From Octopus sinensis (Eukaryota), in the NCBI RefSeq assembly GCF_006345805.1, contig NC_043005.1, positions 28,520,001-28,584,000 of the forward strand: 64,000 nt of DNA. Direction: 5' to 3'. Made by a program: the position numbers and the translations under genes. The notes beneath the pieces are model-generated. The model did not search any database. It saw nothing but the letters and a program-made list of their open reading frames with translations, and was not told where the DNA came from. Shown here piece by piece: positions 53,681 through 64,000 of the stretch (positions are counted from its first letter, which is position 1; each line of letters starts with the position of its first letter).

Positions 53681-55479
53681 TGCAATCTTACTCATTTAGC
53701 ATTATAAATTTTATGAAGAATTTTTTTAACACAAGCATCAGTTTCTCAATCACTAGGTACCTCACCTGTTTGCATCTTTAGGTGCAAAACTTGTCTTTGA
53801 TGCCTTCAGTTGAAACTTTGGTGCAATTTGTATAAATTAAAGCAAAGGCAAAACAACTACATTCACTTAGAATTAGTTATATTATTAGTCAAGTTCAATC
53901 ATGTTTATTTTGTTTTGGAAAGAATAGAATATAAAAGCTTTCACTTTTATATTAATAACTATGGAAGATTGGTGGAGATATTATCTGTAAGAGCTAGGTT
54001 ACTATTTAGATAATTTAGGAGTTAGTTATAGGTTTACTTACTTAATTATTAATTTACCGATACTGTTTTTGTACAAAGGTTAAATGTGGTTTCTTTGTTG
54101 TAGTTTAATTAATAATGTTAGTGTTTAATCCTTCCTAGATTTAAGATTGAATGAATGTGGTGATATCTAAGGTATGTTTGTTCCTAAACAGCACTCATTT
54201 TAGTGCTGTTGACACCACCGGATTGAATGGTACTTCCCAGGTGTCGAAACCATAGTGATATCTGTGGGGCAGCTGATGATGGAGGTGTGTTGGATTGTTG
54301 GTATGGCTGTTATTGTATATGCGGAATAGTTTTATAAGACATCCATTTGATGATGGTAATAATAATAATGTTCACGATGATTATGATGATAAGTTTTAAC
54401 ATCTGTTGATCTGTATGTCAGTTCAACTGCTGAAATACTATCGTTGCTGGATCAAATACAAATTAAACCTACACTAAATTTTATATAAAATCACATATAA
54501 TAATAATAATAAGTAGTTATCTGAGAAAATAGCTATTTTGCATACACTACAGTGATTTTTAGGATCAATATCTCTCTCATTCTCTCTTACTATTTAAAAA
54601 ACACTTTACCAAACCTCTTCCAGCCTCTTCCTTGTTATTGTTGTCAGTAGTTAGTATTTATCTATTTAAAAGTTTATTAAATGAGACTCAAGTGAAACTT
54701 TTTGTTCCAACCTTTTTAGCTATAAAATTAGTTGAATTCCATTCCATGACATTCATTCACCATTTTTCAGTTGTTTCTTTTCTTGTATGTTTTTGATTTA
54801 CTTATTGAATCTACTTAACTGTTGTTTAAGGATTTCTATTTGTGTTATACAAATGTCGCTGTGTGTGTATGTGTACATGCAGTAGTATGTTTGAGTATGG
54901 TTGTGGCTGTACGTGTATCTAGCTGTAACAGTATTTATGTGTGTGACTGTGGTTCTATAAATATAACAGTTTGTATGTGGTTGCAGCTGTGTGTGTGTGT
55001 AGGGTTGTGATTGTGTATGTTTGTAGATTTAGCAGTATGACTCTGTGTGTGTGTATGTGTAGAACTGTGGATACCTGTGTGTATTGTACTCATTTTAATG
55101 TTTCATTATGTTTTGTGTTTAGTTTGTAGTAAAATATAATGGTGGGTATTAAGGAATGGTGAGTCGTAGGGTAGATTTATTTTAACCTGCTTTCCATTGT
55201 AGAAATAAGGAGAGGTGGTTCTTTATTATTGTTTTATGTTGTTTTGTTTTTCAAATGTTGAATCAAGACTATAATTCCAAGAAGTTGACAATAACATTAA
55301 CATCACCATTTTGTTATTTTTTTTTTCTTCAGGTAACTTACTGATATTTAAATTTCTTTGGAGTGGAGGAATTCTTGTTGTTCATTCTGTTTGAGGGAAA
55401 ACAGTAGATTCTTGTCTGTAAGGGTTTATCAATGGACATGATTGGTTAATTAAACATATTAGTTGTGTAGTTAAGATTG

Positions 55480-56040
55480 CTCGGCATATGATGGTCTTGC
55501 AGTTAAAGTATTGTAGTGACCACATGGTTGCTATGTGGTTAAGATACTTGACTACATGTTGGCAGTGTGTGGTACTACTGACCACATGGTATATCTATGG
55601 TTAAAGTACTCTACCATTGATGACATGATGATGGTTGGATTATAGTACAGTAATACTGAACAGAGGATCATCAGTTCACATTCACCACTATTGAAGTCAG
55701 CTTTACAATAGTTGAGGTAATGGATTTTTGACCACTTGATCACCAATTCAGAACCTTACTGTAGTTAAGGTGTTGCATTATTGACCACATGGTCGTAAGT
55801 TCATGCCTTATTACAATAGTGTGAGTTGGATGGGTTTCCACTTCACCAGTGCATTCCTGCATATTGGTATGGGTTAGACTATACCTCAACACACCATTCC
55901 ACACTGGCATAGATTTGATTGGTCTGTATGTCATCAGTACACCATTCTCTGCTGGCATGGTTGGATAGATCTCTCATCAGTACATTGTTCTTTTTCTGGT
56001 ATGGGTTGGATAAGTCTGCCTTTCATCAGCACATTACTCC
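55480..56040. repeat. Two degenerate ~45-bp tandem arrays (GACCACATGGT; GTCATCAGTACACCATTC/CTGGCATGG)
   Basis: Recurrent cores visible. Confidence 0.6.
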
Positions 56041-56479
56041 ATAATAACCTGTACATCTATTATATCTGAAATGTTCTTTCTAAGTACTTTCTGCATCTTT
56101 TGCTTACACTGAGTACATTGTATTGAGTTCCTGTGTCCTCTCCTGTCATGTGTGTGGGCTGTTGACTCTGATGATGTATAAGAGAGATTGACTGTGATGG
56201 GCTGGGGTCATGTACTCTACTGGAAATGTGTATTTTGGTCTCTAACTGCTGCATGTACTTTCTTTATACCCAATAACATACATACACTTTCACCTACATA
56301 TGCACACACATTATATTCACTGATGTATAAATATAATCCTTATATTTACTGAGACAACAAATGAGACTACAATTTAAAAACAGGATAGAGATAGAGGATT
56401 ACAAGTTTTTCTTCACATATTTATACAAGTTTTTTACATATAAAATTACTATTTCTAAATCTCACAACAAGAGATATTC

Positions 56480-56973
56480 AGCAACAGTACTTTGGAGTAA
56501 AGATTGTTTGCCAACATAACATGGGAGTCCTGGTTTTGGACGAATGTTGCTATAATTTAGCCCCAGGAGACATCGTCTCCAGCTGGCTATACAACACGAT
56601 CTTTGTCCTTATATTTTTAAACAAGGGAATCTAGCACCCCCACCCAGCTCAAAACAATATCTAATTTATAGATCAGTGACTAGTTGTCACCTTGGAAACT
56701 ATATATTTCGAATGGGAATTTGGCAGCATCACCTCTAGCTGAACAATTATTCTGTGCTGATGAAAGGAAATAACCCAGAAATCGTGATACACAGATATTG
56801 TTTTGAGCAGAGTTAGGGTGCTAGATTCCCTTGTTTGAAAATACAAGGACACTGATCATGTCATATAGCCAGCTGGAGACAATTTCTCCTGGGGCTAAAT
56901 TACAGCAACATTCGTCCTAAACCAGGACTGCCATGTTATGTTGGCAAACAATCTTTACTCCAAGTTTGTTGCT
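56480..56973. mobile_element. Long inverted repeat (~170-180 bp arms, 130-bp spacer) with a hammerhead motif at the spacer/arm junction
   Basis: 56492-56662 is the reverse complement of 56793-56963 with scattered mismatches. Confidence 0.9.
56751..56795 (+). ncRNA. Minimal type-I hammerhead ribozyme motif (weak stem II)
   Basis: UCUGUG-CUGAUGA-AAGGAAAUAACCCA-GAAA-UC-GU-GA-UA-CACAGA. Perfect 6-bp stem I; AUA triplet. Confidence 0.65.
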
Positions 56974-57663
56974 TGTAGTAATAGTTTATATATCTTCATT
57001 GCTATTGTCAATGATCTAATGCTTACTTTTCCATGCTTGCATGGGTGGGATGGAGCTTCTATGGTCTGATGTCCTTCCTGTTGCCAACTCATTCCTGTTT
57101 ACAAGCAAGGTAATATTTCTGCATAACTAGACTTCATTTTACAGAGAATGGGAAACAAACAACACTGCTTGTATGATAATGTCGATCATTTACAACTATC
57201 ATGTGACATCACAAGACAAAGGGATACACCTCCCCACCAACATTGTGTGTACAGGTTTGGTTGTGTGGTAAGAAGATTGTTTCCCAACCTCATGGTCCTG
57301 GGTTCAGTCGCATCACGTGGCACCTTGGGCAACCATCTTCTACTTTAGCCTCCAATCAACCAAAACCTTATGTGTGGATTTGGTAGACAGAAACTGAAAG
57401 AACTCCATTGTGTGTGTTTGCGTGTGCACGTTTGTCCTTGTTTTGACATTGCATAGTAGTTTTAAAATGATTGCTGCTGTCATACAGGCAGTATCATTCA
57501 TTTCCAATATTCTGCAAGAATATGCCTAGTCATTAGAAAATGTTACCTTCCTTGGAAACAGGTGGTAACAGGAAGGGCAGCTGGACATAGAAAATCTGCC
57601 TCAATAAACTCTGTCCAACCCATGCAAGCATCAAAAGGTGAATGGTAACATGATGATGATGAT

Positions 57664-57827
57664 CAGGTGTGGTCCCAGGAATTTTTCAAAGGGAGGACAC
57701 AAGGTCAGAAGGGAATACATTTCCAAGAGAAAAGGATGTAATAACATTATTTAGAAGGGCACACTTCTTTTCTTGAGGTGGGGGGGTCACGTGCACCTCA
57801 GCACCCTACCCCTTGGGTCTGCCCATG
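57664..57827. mobile_element. Possible Harbinger-like MITE (degenerate)
   Basis: GC-rich ends CAGGTGTGGTCCCAGG / CTTGGGTCTGCCCATG are loosely inverted. Confidence 0.35.
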
Positions 57828-60496
57828 ATATATTTACACTGAGATACGATGGGCTTCTCTTAGATTCTGCTTACCAAATCTACTCAATAGCCTTTGCTTG
57901 ATGCCTGGGATTGTATAAGATGACTCATAAGGTGCCATGCGGTGGAACTGAATCCCAAATCCCACATGGTTGGGTATTGAGTAGGTAGGAAGATAGGTAG
58001 TAAGGAAGGTAGGTAAGTAGGTAGGTTGGTAGTTAGGTAGGTAGGTTGGTAGGTAGAGGATAAGAGAAAAGGTGAGTATGCTGTATTGTTATAGATTATG
58101 AAATATTCTATCTTGTTTGCTGATGATCAGTGACTCACTAAATCTAACCATTATTTCCAATGATTGTGTTGAACATGAATGGATTACCCTAAGGTCAAGG
58201 TCACCTTTCAGTCATAGATTCCTTATTGGCAGTACATTAGAAAAACATCACAGAACTAAGAATGATACCTTCCTTTTTTTCTTTGGTGTGTGTATGTGTG
58301 TGTGTGGTAAAACACTGCTTTTGTACTGGAAAAGATCATGTAATGTCATAAACTTTCAGGGTTAATGGCAAGGAGTTTCCTTAATTGATCCAACATTTAA
58401 ATTTGCCAACCAATCAACAAACCAACCAACCAACCAGCCAGCCAACCAGAGAATTCTGAGTGTTGTTGAATGTAAACACCTGAGAAGATAGGTTACCTTA
58501 ATTATTGAATAAGGTGTGATTTAATGAAAAGGGAATTATGGTTTAGAAGATTAGAAAGCAAACTGTAAATGCTGTTGGAGTTAGTTAGGATTGTGGGAAT
58601 GTGTTGTACATGTGTAATGGTTATAGAAGATACAAATGTTGAAATTTATAAATATTATCTTTTCAGTAAACACCCAGAAAATACATTTCAATGTTGACCA
58701 AGAAAATTATGTTTGAAGAGCTTCATAGAACTAGTGGCAAAGATTGATTACTTAGTTGAGAGCTCCTATACATTATATTCCAATTATTAAGTACCAATTA
58801 GTAGCAATGGCTCAGTAGACAGTAGTAAAAGCAATAAGTGGTTGGTTAATGATCTATATTAATGAGTTCTAGTTTCACTTAGTCTTTTGTGTATCTCATC
58901 TGTGGCAACCATATTGTTTGCATATGAGAGGTGCTTTTGGACTTCCACTAGAGTTTTCTTAGGTTTCTTCCTAACCAGCATGGATACAGGTGAACCAATG
59001 AGGAAGGCAATATGTGGTCAATGCCCCTTCTAGAAATAATAATGAGTTATACTAATATAAACAGGATATTTTATGATACATGACTTCAGGTTCAATCTCA
59101 CTGTATGGCTCTTTTTACAAGTATCTTTTACTATGGGCCTGGTCTCATGAATGGATTTCATAGCAGAAACTGAAAGAAGCCCATTATGTGTGTGGGTTTG
59201 TATCTCCTAGTCTTGACATTTCTTGATAGTCATAAATGGATATAATCTTCATACAGGTGGTGTCATTTATTTGCAATGTTTTGAGAAAACATGTCTGGTC
59301 ATGGGAAAATATTGCCTTATTTGGAAACAGATGGCAGTATCCAATCATAGAATGAACTCATCTATTCCTAGATGTGGGTATCCAGTCATACAAAATCTAT
59401 CTCAACAAATTTCCTCTGACATCTGCAAGCATGTAAAAATAAAGGCTTAAATGATTATGAAGATGTTGGGGATGATGATGATACTTATTGTAGCTCTCTG
59501 TTTTAAAGCAGAGGACACCAGACATGTCTAAATTATAATACTTATATGGGAGAAGTAATTATCTTTATGGCTAATACTGATTTAATCTAATATTGGCAAA
59601 TATGGTCAAATGCTTTAACATGTTCCACTCTTATTACACTTCATTTTCAAACAATAGCCATCTCTGCATTTGCTATATTAGCACTTCAATTAAGGTGGTG
59701 AGCTGGCAGGAATGTTAGCACGCTGGGTGAAATGCTTAGCAGTATTTCATCTGTCTTTACGTTTTGAGTTCAAATTCCACTGAGGTCTTTGCCTTTCATC
59801 CTTTCGGGGTCGATAAATTAAGTACCAGTTGATTACTGGGATCGATCTAATCGACTGGCCCCTACTCAAAAATTTCGGGCCATGTGCCTAAAGTAGAAAA
59901 ATATATTAGCAGCTCAAATGCTAGGCATGTCCTTTTTCCTCAAAAATATGCATTCTAAGAGATACTGTGTTTATGATATTGGCCTAAATCCTTTAGCATC
60001 AAGATAATTCCAAATAATCCAAAAAACGAACAAAAAAGAAACATAAGTATATATATTTAGTTAGATGACTTACAGAGACCATTTCTTCAAATCATCAAAC
60101 ATTCCAAACAACAAAACTTTTCTAGAATACATTGAATTATTTTTGAAAATTGTGAAAATTAAAAAGAAAATGTAATGAATTTTCTTAATCAGTTTTAGAT
60201 GACTTGGAAAGTTGTCATTTACTTATTCAGCTGATTTGCACTTGCACAAATGTGCATCTTTCAAATGTGCATTTTACTGCTGAACAGTGAACAATGTGTA
60301 TATGCAGCAACAGTTTGCATCAAGATTAAAGACATCAGCCCCTGCATCTCCTTCACATTACAAGGAGTTATATAGTTCAAAGAGGTAGTTCTTGTCTTTT
60401 TCAATCCATCCATGATATATATATATTCTACTTGATTTTACTTTCCTGGGTATATATTCAAATGTGTCTATGAGTCCGTGTACACACAGACACAGT

Positions 60497-60890
60497 CGTG
60501 GGGCCACGTGGCCTAGTGGTTAGGGTGTTGCATATATTGCAAGATTGTGGTTTCAATTCCTGCAGCAGGTGGTGCATTGTGTTCTTGAGCAAAACACTTC
60601 ATCTTGCATTGCTCTGCGATCACTTCAGCACCTGATGCATGGTACACCGTGCACCTGTCCAGGCAATGTCAATTTGATGGAGGGACAATAAGTGGTTGAT
60701 TAATGATCTATATTAATAAGTTCTAGTTTCACTTAGTCTTTTGTGTATCTCATCTGTGGCAACCATATTGTTTGCATATGAGAGGTGCTTGACAGAGCTA
60801 ATGTGTGGCACTTACATTTGATCACTATAAATAAATCATTTGTGCAGGTCATTCGACAAAGAAGCTGGACCCTCATATGAGAGTCCTTAG
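60497..60890 (+). mobile_element. tRNA-derived SINE interrupted by a 105-bp insertion
   Basis: TGGCCTAGTGGTTAGGG A-box, GTTTCAATTCC B-box-like; insertion at 60686-60790. Confidence 0.8.
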
Positions 60891-61052
60891 GTGCAGACAT
60901 GGTTATGTGGTTAACAAATTTACTTCCTAACCGAATTGTTTCAGGTTCAGTTGCACTCTGTGGCACCTGAAGAATGTGTCTTCTACTATAACCCTGGGCT
61001 GACCAAATGCTTCTGAGTGGATTTGATAGATAGAAACTGAAAGAAGCCTGTC

Positions 61053-61114
<62 letters not shown>

Positions 61115-61165
61115 TACTGAATTTTCCGGGTTAACTGTAAACAAAGGATAATTCATTCATCCATT

Positions 61166-61196
<31 letters not shown>

Positions 61197-61384
61197 TCTT
61201 CTCCCTTCACCTCTGTAGTGTCTCTCTGTTAAGACCCTACTCTAAACACATTTTTATCCGATCCTTCCTCTCGAAACCTGCAACCTTCTGGAATTCCCTC
61301 ACCATTCACATTTGATCCACAACACCACCATTTCAGATATATGAACCATATGCAGAGTGTAGAATACTCTTTTCGTATCATAGT

Positions 61385-61655
61385 TGTGAACTGTACTCTA
61401 GTGTGGAATGTAGGATAGGATATTGGTACATAACAACTATACTGTTCCAGATGTGAGCTGTACTCTAGTAGGTAGTGTAGCTGATTTGGGATTATAGCAA
61501 CTTACTGTTAAGCATATGTGATTTGTACTCTAGTTTAAAGTATTGTATATTTGTGTACAGCAGATGTAATATCTTAGATATGTGTGGAGTATGAAATACT
61601 TATGACTAATACAACAGTGCCCTCTTAGATAGCTGATCTGTACTCTCATGTGGGT
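61385..61655. repeat. Degenerate ~65-bp tandem repeat (TGTACTCTAG core)
   Basis: Core recurs four times, mostly at ~65-bp spacing (one unit apparently decayed). Confidence 0.6.
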
Positions 61656-63779
61656 GAAGTTGCATTTTGTAATGGATCAACAACTGTTCACATCTGAAAT
61701 AGTTTCTGAGATTGAAAAGGAAATTCAGTCTTTGAGTTGTGTTGTTTATTAACTGTAGTCAGCTCTATAAGTGTAGAACTATGGCATAGAGATAGCTATT
61801 TTAATATATTAATGTTTATAATCTCATGTATCATACACACACGCACACACACACATCTATATATTGTCAGGTTTGGTTGTCTTACAACACAGCGAGATAA
61901 TCTGTGTGGTAACTCAGCTTACAGTCTGTTCAGTAATTCTCTCTCCAGCTTCAGCCATTGACTCATCAAGTGTGTGTGTGTATTATATGTCTACATAACA
62001 CACACACACATTTTAATGTTGATTTCTGCAGAAACAAATACTTGTGGACTTGATCAAGGTAGAGTGAATGTAACTCTTTAGGATTTGCTGGATAAATTTC
62101 ATGGAATTAAGAAATGAAGGATGTTTTTATGGCACATAAAGCATGTCTCAAAACAGATAAAACAGAAATATGTAATCTTCAATATGTTCTCCACTACTTA
62201 TGTTGGAATTATGGACAGGAAACTTGAACTCTACTCACACATCTTTTCAAGTTACAAACTTTCATTTAATTACAGTAGAAGTATGTTATGTGTTGATTTA
62301 GTCCTTGAAAATACCATTTTTTTTCTGGTAGGCAGGATGGCTCAGTGGATAAGGTATCAAACAGTCTGTTCAGAGGTTATGGACTCAAATCTGCCACAGG
62401 CTAATGGTTTACTTAAGACAGTACAGTATTGTGTTAATTCATCTACGAACCAAAAGTAGATACTGCACCATCTGGGTATGTTAGCTGCAACACACCAGCA
62501 TCTTACTCAGAGGGAGAGACTTCTCTCAATTAGTTTGCACCAAAAACAAAAAAAAACAAAAGGAAAAGAGAGCACTGATTCTTGAAGACATTCCCTCCAT
62601 CAGTTGTTGGACTTTACATCTTCACAATCTTCCTGTAGTTCTAACTCAATATTTTTCACTCTGTCACTTTAACTATAGTATACTGTGTTTCTGTATAATA
62701 TTGCTCTCCAGACATGGTAGGGACACAAAGAAATGGTTGCCAGAAATATTTATATTGCCAGAAATATTTATATAGTCGGTAGAAATATGTAATAGCTCTC
62801 CCAAATCACTTCTTACCATCTTTAAAAGAAAAGGGAAGGAAAAAATATTTTAGATAATGTATATGATCTAAAGATATATTATAGATACATTATATTTATA
62901 TAAAAAATGGATATTCATGACTGAAACACTTTCGATTAATGATTAATAATTTATTGGAACAAAGCTGACCTAGGCCTAAACAACAGTAAAGTAAAGCTTT
63001 CTCTCATTATATCTAACATCTCTCTGCTAGAATAACACACATTTGTTTGGGTATAGGCATACTACTATTGCTGAGAACTTTGCTTTACAGCTTGGTGGTA
63101 TTAGATTTGATCCCAGTGTGCAATGGCACCTTAGTCAAGCATCTTCTACCATAACGTCAGCAGGTTGACCAAAGCTTTGTGAGTGTAATTTGACTGATGG
63201 AAACTATAGAAGCCTGGAAGAGAAACCAATTATAATTTTGGGTCATAGAATTTATCTATTACCTGGTTATATATCATTACCTTGTCTTTTGTTCTTTTAG
63301 TAGTGTAAATTTGGAATATATAGGCCAGATCTAAGGAAAAATTACATTTTGTGTGGAGAGGTGGAATGGCTGAGAGGTTAATTAATATTGTGTGGAAGCA
63401 TAACTAATAAAGGAAATTAGCTTAGATAAGTTGCATTTGGTTTTGTATCAGGATGGGCTACAATTGATCCCCTTTTGAAGTGAGCAATCCACATCAAATG
63501 CTCTGGGGAAAGAGCAAGCCACTATAATTAGCATATGATGATGTTTGCTAGCAGTGGTGGACTGGGTCTAAAAGTATTGGTTGCGAGGAGACTGGGGGGG
63601 GGGGGGCTCACCTGCAACTACAAGGGGGCCCACCTACAACTACAATGCTATCCTTTTTTTTTTCCTTTGCTAAAAGTATACTTTTCAACTGTCTACAAAT
63701 ACAGCCAGGCTGTAATAATGCATTCTTCCAGGAGTGAATAAAAAATTCTCGAACTTGAGGGGATGGACCCCTTAGATAC

Positions 63780-63900
63780 TAACATGGTCCCCCATATATG
63801 GATTCTAATGGCACGGGTCCACTTACCATCAGGTAAGCTACCAACCTGGCCAGCCCACCACTGTTTGCTAGTATTCCACACTCAGATAGTGTCTTAGAAA
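63780..63900 (-). mobile_element. RTE-like LINE fragment
   Basis: KQWWAGQVGSLPDGKWTRAI resembles the W.WAGH..R..D.RWT motif. Confidence 0.65.
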
Positions 63901-64000
63901 ACTTGGTGTAACTGAATGGCTTGTGAGAGCTGTGCCAGCCATATACAGTGATACTGTTAGCTAAGTGAGGGTTCTGTAATGATTTTTTGTGTAGCTAGAT

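Noticed and set aside
54200-54262. CTGTTGA-CACC...GGTG-TC-GAAAC hammerhead-like motif
   Set aside because: A6 is mutated, there is no valid UH triplet and no stem I.

Overview
AT-rich, repeat-dense eukaryotic DNA. The SINE families and (TA)n/(CA)n load look like an Octopus-type (coleoid cephalopod) genome; this is an inference from recognised repeats, not a database hit. No intact host protein-coding gene is recognisable: the long ORFs in the track are microsatellite artefacts or transposon relics. Relics include CR1/L2-like, RTE and R4/Dong LINE fragments, a degraded Penelope-like element (RT + GIY-YIG), mariner and hAT/Buster transposase fragments, a young non-autonomous Helitron, a Helentron-type element, piggyBac- and hAT-type MITEs, and many SINEs. 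A CpG-retaining block at ~10.8-14.3 kb looks like a promoter, followed on + by what may be very long 5' introns. Most notable: (1) several minimal type-I hammerhead ribozyme motifs, three of them inside two long fold-back (inverted-repeat) elements, in a window that also holds a Penelope-like relic; (2) a SINE copy with clustered A-to-G changes resembling ADAR hyper-editing fixed in DNA (sequencing error is the alternative); (3) candidate recursive-splicing (AG|GT) sites; (4) two short locally templated insertions into SINEs.
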